Below the pieces are notes generated by a model. That model was not told where the DNA came from and did not search any database. It was given only the letters and a program-made list of their open reading frames with translations. The position numbers and the translations under genes were made by a program. From an uncultured Pseudomonadota bacterium (GTDB lineage Bacteria > Pseudomonadota > Alphaproteobacteria > Rs-D84), in contig CADCAA010000002.1 in assembly GCA_902799285.1 (NCBI GenBank), positions 1-49,207 of the forward strand: DNA of 49,207 bases, given 5' to 3'. Position 1 is the stretch's first letter. Each line of letters starts with the position of its first letter. Of this stretch, positions 35,399 to 45,255 are shown piece by piece.

Positions 35399-37159
35399 AT
35401 GGCTGTTCGCGTTTTGCCTGATTTTTTGGTGAATCAAATTGCCGCCGGCGAGGTTGTAGAAAACGCCGCCAGTGTGGTCAAAGAATTGGTCGAAAATGCG
35501 CTGGACGCGGGGGCAAATCAAATCGTTATTGATGTTGTTGATGGCGGGCGAACATCGATAACTGTTGTTGATAATGGGCGGGGGATGAATCGCGATGATT
35601 TGGCAAAATCAATAATGCGTCATGCGACATCTAAATTACCCGATGATGATTTAACAAATATTGCATATATGGGTTTTCGTGGCGAAGCGTTGCCGTCAAT
35701 TGCGTCGGTCGCAAATATGACGATTGATACATATGCGTCGGGTGAGCCTAATGGTTGGCAATTAAATGCGTCGACGGGTGAAATTAAACCGTCAAATTGG
35801 GATTCTGGGACACGTATTCGTGTAAATGATTTGTTTGCCAATGTGCCGGCACGATTGAAATTTTTGCGCGGGGACAGGGCGGAAATGATGTCTGTTTTGG
35901 ATGTTGTAAAACGTTTGGCGATGGCCCGTCGTGATGTTGGTTTTGTTTTGAATAATAAATGGTTCTTTCCAAAAAATCAGGATTTATTGGAACGTATGGC
36001 GGCCGTTATGGGTGATGATATTCGCGGACGTATGTTGGCGGTGGATGCGAAATCCGAATCGGGTGATATGACTTTATCTGGATTTATATCTGAACCGACA
36101 CTGCGTCGTGCGTCAAGTGTGGACCAATTTTTATTTGTGAATAATCGTCCGGTCAAAGACAAGGTTGTTGTGGGTGCACTGCGTGCGGCATATATGGATG
36201 TTATGCATGCGCGTGAATTTCCATTGTGTGCATTATTTTTGGATTTGAATCCGAAAAATGTTGATGTAAATGTGTCGCCCGCCAAGACCGAGGTGCATTT
36301 CCTGGAACCGTCGCATGTGCGTGCCTTTATTATTAAAAATTTGAGGGCGCGTTTGGCGGAAACTATGAATATGGCGGTTGCGCGACATGATACGCCGGTT
36401 GGTCATCAGATGAATATACCGGCGGCGCAGAATCGCGAATCGGTTTATCAAAATACAGATGTACGACCGACAATATTATCTGTGCATGCGCCACAGCGTG
36501 ACGATAACGATTTTTTCAATTTGAAACCACATAAGTTTGAGTCGCCGCGGATGGACGCGTCAATTAAAAATAATGTGGATGATGCGTTTTGTGATATGCC
36601 ACTGGGGCGGGCAATTGGTCAGATTGGTGATAAATATATTTTGGCATCCGCGGGTGATAATTTAATTATTGTTGATCAACATGCTGCGCACGAACGCATT
36701 ACATACGAACGTGTTCGGACCCATTCTGTAAAGGTGCAACCGTTATTGACACCGATTGTCGTGGATATGCGTGCCGAAGATGTTGCCGCGGTATTGGAGA
36801 TACGTGATGAATTAAAGCAATCTGGGTTGGTGTTGGATGCATTTGGTGATACGGCGATTGCGATATTTGAAAAGCCGGCTGATTGGGATTTGAATTGGAC
36901 GGCATTATTGCATGATATCGCGGACGAAGTACGGGCAAACGGTCATTCTGTGCAATTAAATGAGAGGTTGCATTTGAAATTGGCGAATTGGGCGTGTCAT
37001 CATTCTGTGCGTGCGGGCCAGCGATTGGATTTGAACCAAATGAATGCTTTGTTGCGCGATATTGAAAAGACTACGCGTGGCGCGCAATGTAATCACGGGC
37101 GACCGGTTTATAAAATCATCCCAATTTCAGATTTAGATATTATTTTTGAAAGAAGTTAA
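35399..37159 (+). CDS. mutL: DNA mismatch repair protein MutL
   Basis: GHKL ATPase motifs VKELVENALDAGA and DNGRGM are present, with a C-terminal dimerisation domain. It is 586 aa. Confidence 0.9.
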   Translation: MAVRVLPDFLVNQIAAGEVVENAASVVKELVENALDAGANQIVIDVVDGGRTSITVVDNGRGMNRDDLAKSIMRHATSKLPDDDLTNIAYMGFRGEALPSIASVANMTIDTYASGEPNGWQLNASTGEIKPSNWDSGTRIRVNDLFANVPARLKFLRGDRAEMMSVLDVVKRLAMARRDVGFVLNNKWFFPKNQDLLERMAAVMGDDIRGRMLAVDAKSESGDMTLSGFISEPTLRRASSVDQFLFVNNRPVKDKVVVGALRAAYMDVMHAREFPLCALFLDLNPKNVDVNVSPAKTEVHFLEPSHVRAFIIKNLRARLAETMNMAVARHDTPVGHQMNIPAAQNRESVYQNTDVRPTILSVHAPQRDDNDFFNLKPHKFESPRMDASIKNNVDDAFCDMPLGRAIGQIGDKYILASAGDNLIIVDQHAAHERITYERVRTHSVKVQPLLTPIVVDMRAEDVAAVLEIRDELKQSGLVLDAFGDTAIAIFEKPADWDLNWTALLHDIADEVRANGHSVQLNERLHLKLANWACHHSVRAGQRLDLNQMNALLRDIEKTTRGAQCNHGRPVYKIIPISDLDIIFERS

Positions 37160-37244
37160 TTTTTTTATTTGTGCAGTTCACAAAAATATGTTATCATTAG
37201 TGTCGAGAGATTAAAAAAATCACGCAAATGGAAAGGAAAGAACA

Positions 37245-37730
37245 ATGAAAAAATCTGTATTATTTGCCGGTTTTATGGGTGTTGTGTTGTCGTTCGGTGG
37301 TGCAATGGCCACGGATACGATTACGGCGGCGTCAACGAATACTGTGCGCAAGGCTGTGTATGATATTCAGTATGGTGCAGCCAGTGGTGCGAATGCCTTG
37401 GATGGTCGCGGGTATCGCAAGGGTGTTGTGCCACAGACGAATGAATTAAATAATGCGCGTGGGACGAATGTTGCAACGGCATTGGGCAGTGTGACTGTGG
37501 GTGCTTTGGCCGAGGTGACAGATGGTAGTACCAAGGCAACAGGTGCGGTTGATTCAACGCATGAACCAACAAAATCTATTAAGGCAAATACCGCGAATGT
37601 TGCGGTTTTGGATCGTGATAAATTGGTGACCCCGGGAAATGGTAATTGTGTGGCGAATAGCCCGTGTGGTTATGTGACAGTTGGCAGCAATAACAACAGT
37701 ACAGACAAAGTTTGGATGAAAATTCAATAG
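37245..37730 (+). CDS. small secreted protein, no family recognised
   Basis: The signal peptide is MKKSVLFAGFMGVVLSFGGAMA. The protein is T/A/G/N-rich with a single C-terminal Cys pair (GNCVANSPCG). An AAAGGAAAG SD precedes the start. Confidence 0.55.
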   Translation: MKKSVLFAGFMGVVLSFGGAMATDTITAASTNTVRKAVYDIQYGAASGANALDGRGYRKGVVPQTNELNNARGTNVATALGSVTVGALAEVTDGSTKATGAVDSTHEPTKSIKANTANVAVLDRDKLVTPGNGNCVANSPCGYVTVGSNNNSTDKVWMKIQ

Positions 37731-37754
37731 TTTTGGTGTTGTTTTTTCGAATTT

Positions 37755-37786
37755 AATCCAGTGTAGAAATGCACTGGATTTTTTTA
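37755..37786 (+). terminator. rho-independent terminator
   Basis: AATCCAGTG (37755-37763) / CACTGGATT (37772-37780), followed by a T-run. Confidence 0.7.
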
Positions 37787-37873
37787 TTTTTGTTTTGTGG
37801 TTAAATTCATAGTTTTTTCTTTACTTTTGGCGGTTTTTTGTCTAATGTTGATGCATAATCAAAAGGAGAAATT

Positions 37874-38191
37874 ATGGAAAATTCAATCGAGACAGCAAAT
37901 GTAATCGCAAATAATTCGGCTGCCGCTGATGCCGGCAGTTGGTTTGGACTGTTTGTCTATTGTGCCGTTGTGTTTGGTATTATTTATTTGTTTATGGTCA
38001 GGCCTACAAAAAAACGTATGGCCGAATATCAAAAGATGTTGGATTCATTAAAGGTCGGCTCACGCGTGTTGGCGGGCGGAATTTATGGAACAATTAAAAA
38101 AATAAACGATAAAAGCATTGAATTGGAAATTGCAAAGGGCGTCGTAGTCGAAGTTAACAAAAACGCCGTTGCAGGTGTGGAATCTAAATAA
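37874..38191 (+). CDS. yajC: preprotein translocase subunit YajC
   Basis: It has one TM segment followed by RPTKKRMAEYQKMLDSLKVGSRV...GIYGTI. It is 105 aa and precedes secD. Confidence 0.9.
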   Translation: MENSIETANVIANNSAAADAGSWFGLFVYCAVVFGIIYLFMVRPTKKRMAEYQKMLDSLKVGSRVLAGGIYGTIKKINDKSIELEIAKGVVVEVNKNAVAGVESK

Positions 38192-38208
38192 TAAAAAGGT
38201 GTAAGGGT

Positions 38209-39768
38209 ATGTTGAAAAAACTGGCAATTGTTTTTGTTGCAGTGTTTGGTGTGTTGTTGGCGGTGCCAACTTTTTGGCCGGGTGCCGCAAAATATTTTCC
38301 GTCGTTTGCACAACCAATTAATTTAGGATTGGATTTAAAGGGTGGTGCGCAATTATTGTTAGAGGTCAATACCGACCAAATGTTTGCGGATAAATCTGTG
38401 CAATTGTATGACGAGGTGCGCTCTGCATTGGTGGACAGAAATCGCGGTATTATTCGTTTTTCGAATTTGCGTCAATCTGATGGTGTGGTGTCACTAACTG
38501 TGCGTGAATCAGACCAGGTGTCCAAGGCCAAGGGGCGTTTGAAATCTGTGTTGGGCGCGGGTGTTGATGTGTCGTCATCGGGTAATGTTGTGCGTGTGGA
38601 ATATACCGAAAAGCAAAAACAGGAAATGGTTAATGATGCCTTGAATCGCAGTATCGAAATTGTGCGCCGTCGTATTGATGCGCTGGGCACCAAAGAGCCT
38701 TCGATTCAAAGTCAGGGTGGTAAATACATTTTGATTCAATTGCCGGGTGTTGATAATCCGGAACGTATCAAGGAATTGATTGGGCAAACTGCAAAAATGA
38801 CTTTCCATTTGGTTAATGAAAATGTGTCGCCTGAACAAATGGCGTCTGGACGTGCGCCGGCGGGAACACAATTTTTGCCGTATATGGAAAATCCGATGCA
38901 GATGGTGCCGGTTTATTCCCGTGTCGAAGTTTCGGGCGAATCATTAAAAGATTCCCAGGCGGATTTTGACCAAAATAATATGCCGGTTGTGACGACCGTG
39001 TTTGATGCGTCGGGTGCGCGTCGGTTTGCAAGACTTACCACTGAACATGTGAACGAAAGATTCGCGATTGTGTTGGATGGCAAGGTTTTGTCAGCACCAA
39101 ATATTCGTGAACCAATTCCGGGTGGGCGTGGCCAAATTTCCGGCGGATTCACATTACAGGGCGCGAAAGATTTGGCTGTGTTATTACGCAGTGGTGCGTT
39201 GCCGGCGCCATTGACCGTTATCGAAGAACGCACAGTTGGTGCGGGATTGGGTGCGGACACAATTGCGGCTGGTAAAATTGGTTCGGCCGTAGGTGTGTTA
39301 TTCATCGTTGTGTTTATGATATTGGTTTACGGTTTGTTTGGGTTGTTTGCCGATGTCGTATTGTTGGTGAATTTGGCGATGATTGTTGGTGTTTCTGCGG
39401 CATTGGGGGCAACACTGACTTTGCCGGGTATTGCGGGTATCGTGTTGACGTTGGGTATGGCGGTGGACGCGAATATTTTGCCGTATGAACGTATCCGTGA
39501 CGAAGTTCGCGCCGGTGTGCCGACACTGCGTGCGGTTGATATGGGATTCAATCGTTCGGTCAAAACCGTTATGGATGGTAATTTGACGAATTTGATTTGT
39601 TCACTGATTTTGTTTGAATTTGGTGCAGGTCCGATTCGTGGGTTTGCCGTGACGCTGTCGATTGGTGTGATAACCACATTGTTTACATGTTTGGTGTTGT
39701 CGCGCGTTTTGATTGACTGGTACATGAATGGTAAAAATAAAAAAATTGGTTTTGCAAAAGTGAAGTAA
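38209..39768 (+). CDS. secD: protein translocase subunit SecD
   Basis: LGLDLKGG and the C-terminal TM bundle GIAGIVLTLGMAVDANIL are present. It is 519 aa. Confidence 0.9.
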   Translation: MLKKLAIVFVAVFGVLLAVPTFWPGAAKYFPSFAQPINLGLDLKGGAQLLLEVNTDQMFADKSVQLYDEVRSALVDRNRGIIRFSNLRQSDGVVSLTVRESDQVSKAKGRLKSVLGAGVDVSSSGNVVRVEYTEKQKQEMVNDALNRSIEIVRRRIDALGTKEPSIQSQGGKYILIQLPGVDNPERIKELIGQTAKMTFHLVNENVSPEQMASGRAPAGTQFLPYMENPMQMVPVYSRVEVSGESLKDSQADFDQNNMPVVTTVFDASGARRFARLTTEHVNERFAIVLDGKVLSAPNIREPIPGGRGQISGGFTLQGAKDLAVLLRSGALPAPLTVIEERTVGAGLGADTIAAGKIGSAVGVLFIVVFMILVYGLFGLFADVVLLVNLAMIVGVSAALGATLTLPGIAGIVLTLGMAVDANILPYERIRDEVRAGVPTLRAVDMGFNRSVKTVMDGNLTNLICSLILFEFGAGPIRGFAVTLSIGVITTLFTCLVLSRVLIDWYMNGKNKKIGFAKVK

Positions 39769-39779
39769 AGGGGTTAATT

Positions 39780-40643
39780 ATGGCTTTACATTTTATGAAG
39801 TATCGTAAATTATCCTATTGGATTTCTGGTGCTTTGGTTATTTTGTCGATTTTGTCTTTGTTGTTCCGTGGTTTGAATTACGGTATTGACTTTTCGGGTG
39901 GTATTTCGATGGAGGTTGTACCCCAAACACAGGAATACACAATTGATAAAATGCGTGCCGCGTTGGCGGATTTCAAGCCTGAATTACAGGTTGTTGATGG
40001 TGGTGCGGTTTTGGTGCGTGTTGGTTTGCCCAAGGGTTCAACCGATGCACAACAAAATGAACGCGTCAGCCAGATTAAAAATATTCTGGGCGATAATGTG
40101 ACGTATTCCCAGGTGCAAATCGTTGGACCAAAAATTGGTGGCGAATTGATTCGTGGTGGTATTTTGGCTGTTTTGGTTTCTTTTGTTTTGATGTCTGTGT
40201 ATATTTGGATTCGTTATCGTGGTGGTTATGCGGTTGGATCTTTTGTATCATTGTTGTTGGACTTTGTTTTGATGTTTGGGTTCTTTTCGGTCACAGGATT
40301 AGAATTCAATCAAACGGCAATCGCGGTTATTTTGATGGGTATTGGTTATTCTATTAATGATAAAGTTGTGAACTATGACCGAATCGATGAGAATATTCAG
40401 AAATACCACAAAATGCCGATGAATGATTTAATTGATTTGTCGGTGAACGAAATGTTGCGCAGAACATTGATGACCAGTATTTCAACAATTTTGGCCATGG
40501 TTGGTTTGTATGTGTTCGGTGGTTTGATGTTGCGTGATTTTGCGATTGCGATGACGTTTTCGGTTGTTATGGGAACCGCGACATCTATTTATATTTCTAA
40601 TGTTATTTTGTATCACTTTAACCTGCGTGAAACGAAATATTAA
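39780..40643 (+). CDS. secF: protein translocase subunit SecF
   Basis: GIDFSGG and the SecF TM bundle are present. It is 287 aa and directly follows secD. Confidence 0.9.
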   Translation: MALHFMKYRKLSYWISGALVILSILSLLFRGLNYGIDFSGGISMEVVPQTQEYTIDKMRAALADFKPELQVVDGGAVLVRVGLPKGSTDAQQNERVSQIKNILGDNVTYSQVQIVGPKIGGELIRGGILAVLVSFVLMSVYIWIRYRGGYAVGSFVSLLLDFVLMFGFFSVTGLEFNQTAIAVILMGIGYSINDKVVNYDRIDENIQKYHKMPMNDLIDLSVNEMLRRTLMTSISTILAMVGLYVFGGLMLRDFAIAMTFSVVMGTATSIYISNVILYHFNLRETKY

Positions 40644-40669
40644 AATACAGGTCAATGTAGGAGGTATGT

Positions 40670-42133
40670 ATGAAAATATTAAAAATAATTTGTTCTGTGC
40701 TTTTTGCATTGACCGTTGGTTGTGCGTATGCCGCAGAAAATGATGCGGTAGTGAATACGTTTGCAGAAATTTATCAAAAATTGGATTCTGTGCAATGGGG
40801 CGGAAAAAATGTTGGTGTTGTGATTGAGAGTTTGGAAAATTTAAGTCCTAATGCGCATTTGGCGGCGACCGACGACAGAATCATTTTGGTTTGGCGTGAT
40901 TCTATTGTTGGAAATTTTCAACAGCCGCGTGCGGGTGATTGGGCGGCATATGGTAAAATTACAAAATCTTTGATTGATAAAATGCGCGACAGGGACGATG
41001 ATTTGGCGTCTTTGTCTGACCAGGAAATGTATGAACGTGCGGTGGCCGCCTTGATGCAGGGAATTGATGAAAGTGGTAAATATGTGCCAAAACAGACTTT
41101 GTTAGGACGTTCTGATAATCGTATTTTGACCAGTGTCGGTATTTCAGGCTGGCGCGAAGCAAATGGTGATTTTCGTGTTGGTGCAGTGGTCCGTGGTTCG
41201 CCCGCGGATGTGTCGGGGATTGCGGTTTCTGATTTGATTGATGTGGTTAATGGGCGCAAAGTCGCAACCATGACCGATGATGAATTGGACGCCGTATTCC
41301 AAGGATTAAACAGTGGGACGGCAAAATTGCATTTGTTGACACCGTCGGGTAATCGTAATGTTGTGTTGCGCAGGGCGACGATTGTCTTGGCGGATGCAGA
41401 TATTATTTATCGTCCGGTTGGTAAATCGGGAATTTTGGAAATAGTTGTGCATGAAATGACTGATAATGCCGCCAATATCGTGAACGAGGCTTTGCATAAA
41501 TACAATAATATTGATTCTGTGATTTTGGATTTGCGTGTGGCGCGTGGTGTTGACGCGAAATCTGGGACGAAAATGGCGGGGTTATTTATGGGGGCAAAAC
41601 CTGTTATGCGTGTGACCCAGACCGCCGGCAGCGATATGGAATTTGTGCCGGGTGGTAATGCCGTGACCGATGCGGATGTTGTTGTGTTGGTTTCCAATAC
41701 GACCAGTGGAACCGCCGAAGCGGTGGCGTCTGCATTCTATGAAAATGGACGCGGGGTTTTGGTTGGAACGCCAACCGCGGGGAATGCGCGTATTGCAACG
41801 CATATTGATTTATCAAATGGTGATGCATTGGAATTGTTAAATAAATCGATAAAATCTGGGGCGGGGCATGCGTTGGATTCGCGCGGTGTTTTCCCGATTG
41901 TGTGTTTATCAAATATTCGTTCGGCCAAGCAGCAAAATGCGTTCTTTGTAAATGTGATAAACAATGATTTCAAAATCCAGGATTTTAACAAAAATAAAAA
42001 TGTTGATGTTGCGGCGGTGCGTCGTGGTTGTCCGATTATTACCAGTGGCGATGACGAAGATATGATGGCGGCTGCGGTGGCAACAAAAATTTTGACGGAT
42101 AAAACCGTTTATCACAGGTTGATTGCAGATTAA
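40670..42133 (+). CDS. S41 (C-terminal processing peptidase)-like protein with PDZ domain, catalytic residues apparently substituted
   Basis: It has a signal peptide and a PDZ-like block (GAVVRGSPADVSGIAVSDLIDVVNG). The S41 core is recognisable (VVVLVSNTTSGTAEAVASAF....LVGTPTAGNA) but departs from GSASASE / TFGKG. Confidence 0.6.
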   Translation: MKILKIICSVLFALTVGCAYAAENDAVVNTFAEIYQKLDSVQWGGKNVGVVIESLENLSPNAHLAATDDRIILVWRDSIVGNFQQPRAGDWAAYGKITKSLIDKMRDRDDDLASLSDQEMYERAVAALMQGIDESGKYVPKQTLLGRSDNRILTSVGISGWREANGDFRVGAVVRGSPADVSGIAVSDLIDVVNGRKVATMTDDELDAVFQGLNSGTAKLHLLTPSGNRNVVLRRATIVLADADIIYRPVGKSGILEIVVHEMTDNAANIVNEALHKYNNIDSVILDLRVARGVDAKSGTKMAGLFMGAKPVMRVTQTAGSDMEFVPGGNAVTDADVVVLVSNTTSGTAEAVASAFYENGRGVLVGTPTAGNARIATHIDLSNGDALELLNKSIKSGAGHALDSRGVFPIVCLSNIRSAKQQNAFFVNVINNDFKIQDFNKNKNVDVAAVRRGCPIITSGDDEDMMAAAVATKILTDKTVYHRLIAD

Positions 42134-42143
42134 GGATTTTGAT

Positions 42144-42827
42144 ATGTTTATTTCAAAGCAAAATACTATGAAGTGGAATTTGTTGATAGTTTCAACACTG
42201 GTTATTGTTGGGTTGATATTGTTGGGAATTGCCAAATACGATATTCCATTATATTTATTTTTGACTGGGTATAATTGTCCACTGTGGCGGTGGTTCGCAA
42301 ATATATTCGATGGCAAGGTTTGGGTGATTGTCTTTACGTTAGCTACGATAATTATGTATTTGAAAAAGACATACGAATTGCGGAATAATCCCACGACCCA
42401 GATGCATTGGTTTAATGCGAAATTTTTGTTTAATGATGCGTATGCTAAATTGAAAAACAGTAATGCGTTTTTGGTTTTGTGTTCGCTGTGCCTGGCTGGG
42501 GTTATTGTTGAAATTTTGAAATTTATTATTGGGCGTGCGCGGCCGATATTCTTTGATGAATTTGGTATTGTTGGATTTTTCCCGTGGACGACCGAATGGG
42601 CATTTAATTCAATGCCGTCGGGACATACGGCTTTGTCTTTTGCGGGATTGGTTATGTTGGGTATGTTGATGCCACGGTTCAAATGGCTGATGTGGATTTT
42701 GGCGATTGTGATTGCGGTGTCGCGCATTGCAATTGGTGCGCATTGGCCGACGGATGTGATTTTGGGCGCGTTTATCGGTATGGTGTCGGCAGATTTGGTT
42801 TTGGCAATTGTGCGGAAAATAAAATAA
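42144..42827 (+). CDS. PAP2-family phosphatase (integral membrane)
   Basis: The three motifs KFIIGRARP, PSGH and SRIAIGAHWPTD are present. ATG 42144 follows an AAGGA SD at 42132-42136. The ORF opens at 42123, inside the upstream gene. Confidence 0.8.
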   Translation: MFISKQNTMKWNLLIVSTLVIVGLILLGIAKYDIPLYLFLTGYNCPLWRWFANIFDGKVWVIVFTLATIIMYLKKTYELRNNPTTQMHWFNAKFLFNDAYAKLKNSNAFLVLCSLCLAGVIVEILKFIIGRARPIFFDEFGIVGFFPWTTEWAFNSMPSGHTALSFAGLVMLGMLMPRFKWLMWILAIVIAVSRIAIGAHWPTDVILGAFIGMVSADLVLAIVRKIK

Positions 42828-42892
42828 TTATAATGGGGCTTTATTTTGATGAAGCCCTTTTTTTTTACACTTTTTTGTGATACAATCGGGGT

Positions 42893-45100
42893 ATGAGTAG
42901 TGAGTCGAGATTTTTGCCTGAAAAATTATCGGGTGCGTTGAAAAGTTTGGCTTGGCGCATTTTGGGCGTCGTGATGTTTTTGTTTGGTGGTGTGTCAATA
43001 TTGGCCGCGATATTTCATAATTCAGATTTGAACGGTGTTGCGGTGGCCAGTACATTGGGTAATCATGGATTGATTGGTAATTTTATCAGTTTTATGCGTT
43101 ATGCCGTTGGCTTTATACCGATGATGTTTTTGTTTTTGTGCCTGATGCGCGCAGGTGTTGCGTTGATTGGTGGTCGCGATGACGAGGCAACGCCGGAATA
43201 CAACCTGTTGCGTGGGTTTATTGCGTTGTGTTTGGGTTGTGCCGGTTTTGGGATGTTGGTGCCGGGGTCATCGTTTGGTGGAATGATGGGTGCGATTGTG
43301 GCATCGGATATGGCGTCATTGATTGGTAATTGGGAAATTATTGTTGGTGTTTTATGCTTGATTGGTTTTTTCTGGATGGCGGGGGTGTTGCTGCATATCA
43401 AATGGTCATATGTTGTGTATGTCGCACGATTGGTGTATTCATCGATTCGTTGGGTGTTGTCGGCGTTTCATATTTTGCCTGTGGCTGAATCTGATTCTGA
43501 TGAAGAAGAAGTAGAAGAAGGGGTCGAAGAAGAAACAGAAGAAGAGGAAAAACCAAAAAGAAAACGCGCCACCAGAAAAGTTGTAAAGAAAGTTATTGGC
43601 GATGTTGAATATGAATTGCCAGATCCGGAATTTTTAGAACTTTCTGTGTTTGGTAAAAATATTGTGACGCCTGAATTGAAAAAGACGGCGGAATTGATGG
43701 AAACACATTTTGCTGAATACGGTGTGTATGGCAAAGTAAATGGAATTCGACCGGGACCGATTGTGACGCTGTATGAATTTATGCCCGACAGCGGAACACG
43801 TATGGTCGATGTTAGCAAGACTGTCAAGGATATGACGCGTGCGATGGCAACCGAAAATATTCGTATCGCACATATTCCATCAACACAACTGATTGGTGTC
43901 GAAATGGTGAATTTGAATCGCCAGACGGTTCGTTTCCAAGGGTTAATAGACAATGATATGTTTATAAATTCTAAATATAAAATACCGCTTGCTTTGGGGG
44001 TGGATATTGGTGGTAATCCGATGTATTTTGATTTGGCGAAAATGCCGCATATGTTGATTGCGGGACGCACGGGTTCCGGTAAATCTGTGTTTGTGCAATC
44101 GATTATTACGTCAATTGTTTATCATTTCACGCCTGATAAATGTAAGTTGATTATTATCGATCCAAAGGGTGTTGATTTTGGATTCTGGGACGATATTCCG
44201 CATTTGATAACGCCAATTGTAAAACTGGATCCGGCGGCGGCTGTGAACGCATTGAAATGGGCCGTGCGCGAAATGGAGGAACGTTATAAACAACTGCAAG
44301 TCGTTAATGCGCGTAATATCGAAAGTTATAATGAAATTGTTGCGGCCAAGCGTGAATCTGGCGAGGTTATAACAAAACAAGTTGCGGTTGGCACGGACGA
44401 GGAAACTGGTGAATTATTGTTTGAAACCCAAGAGGTCGATTTGTCTGATATGCCATATATCGTGATAATTATTGACGAGGTGGCCGACCTGATGAGCCTG
44501 GCCCGTAAAGAAGTTGAGGCATGTGTTCAACGCATTGCGCAAAAAGCGCGTGCGGCGGGAATTCATTTGGTTATGGCGACGCAAAGACCGGACGCAACAA
44601 CGATTACCGGCGTAATCAAGGCGAATTTCCCAACCCGTGTTTCTTTCCAGGCACGCAGTGTAATTGATTCTATGACGACATTGGGTGAAAAGGGTGCGGA
44701 ACAGTTGTTGCCGTGTGGTGATATGTTGTTCAGCGAGGCGGGCAGGGTTCCTGTACGTATACATGGTGCGTTTATTGATGATGCGGAATTGACGCGCGTT
44801 GGTGATTTCCTGCGTGAGCAAGGCGAACCTGAATATGCCGCTGGCGTGACCGATGCAGATGGCGGTGAAATGGATACAGATGCCCCGAATACATCGGCGG
44901 CGGATTCCAAGGCGGCCAAGGATGGCGACATGTATGCCCAGGCATGCGAGATTGTTATTCGTGATAAAAAGCCGACTATTTCGTATATTCAACGTCGATT
45001 GGGCATTGGTTATAACAAGGCCGCAGGCTTTATGGAGAGGATGGAGCAAGAAGGGATTGTTAGTGCGCCCGACGCGAATAATAAAAGACATATTTTATAA
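42893..45100 (+). CDS. ftsK: DNA translocase FtsK
   Basis: It has N-terminal TM segments, an acidic/basic linker, Walker A GRTGSGKSV, Walker B IIIDEVADL and a gamma winged-helix domain (YIQRRLGIGYNKAAGFMERMEQEGIV). Confidence 0.9.
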   Translation: MSSESRFLPEKLSGALKSLAWRILGVVMFLFGGVSILAAIFHNSDLNGVAVASTLGNHGLIGNFISFMRYAVGFIPMMFLFLCLMRAGVALIGGRDDEATPEYNLLRGFIALCLGCAGFGMLVPGSSFGGMMGAIVASDMASLIGNWEIIVGVLCLIGFFWMAGVLLHIKWSYVVYVARLVYSSIRWVLSAFHILPVAESDSDEEEVEEGVEEETEEEEKPKRKRATRKVVKKVIGDVEYELPDPEFLELSVFGKNIVTPELKKTAELMETHFAEYGVYGKVNGIRPGPIVTLYEFMPDSGTRMVDVSKTVKDMTRAMATENIRIAHIPSTQLIGVEMVNLNRQTVRFQGLIDNDMFINSKYKIPLALGVDIGGNPMYFDLAKMPHMLIAGRTGSGKSVFVQSIITSIVYHFTPDKCKLIIIDPKGVDFGFWDDIPHLITPIVKLDPAAAVNALKWAVREMEERYKQLQVVNARNIESYNEIVAAKRESGEVITKQVAVGTDEETGELLFETQEVDLSDMPYIVIIIDEVADLMSLARKEVEACVQRIAQKARAAGIHLVMATQRPDATTITGVIKANFPTRVSFQARSVIDSMTTLGEKGAEQLLPCGDMLFSEAGRVPVRIHGAFIDDAELTRVGDFLREQGEPEYAAGVTDADGGEMDTDAPNTSAADSKAAKDGDMYAQACEIVIRDKKPTISYIQRRLGIGYNKAAGFMERMEQEGIVSAPDANNKRHIL

Positions 45101-45195
45101 TGGCATATCTGCTTGTTGTTTGTTCGTTTATGTAGCATTTGTACACCGCACTCACAAACAACTGCGCATCTATACCGTTATAAAATATGTTTTAT
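45081..45195 (+). repeat. long-hairpin palindromic intergenic element, full copy 3
   Basis: The outer arm 45081-45103 includes the ftsK stop and pairs with 45175-45195. The inner stem is GTTGTTTGT (45115-45123) / ACAAACAAC (45154-45162). The conserved ATCTGCTT, TGTAGC..TTGTACAC and CGCATCT are present. Confidence 0.8.
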
Positions 45196-45255
45196 AATTT
45201 ATGGCTTTTTTATAATCGCAAAATGTGATATAATTTTCATCAAAAGGAGAATTTT

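Noticed and set aside
41909-42727. A 272-aa minus-strand ORF overlapping the end of the S41-like gene and the PAP2 gene.
   Set aside because: The plus strand carries all three PAP2 motifs. The minus-strand product has no features, so it is a shadow ORF.
43468-45091. Minus-strand ORFs of 200 and 225 aa inside ftsK.
   Set aside because: FtsK Walker motifs and the gamma domain are on the plus strand, so these are antisense shadows.
32743-45100. A dif site near xerD or ftsK.
   Set aside because: I found no sequence resembling the ...CGCATAATGTATATTATGT... core by eye. This cannot be excluded without a proper scan.
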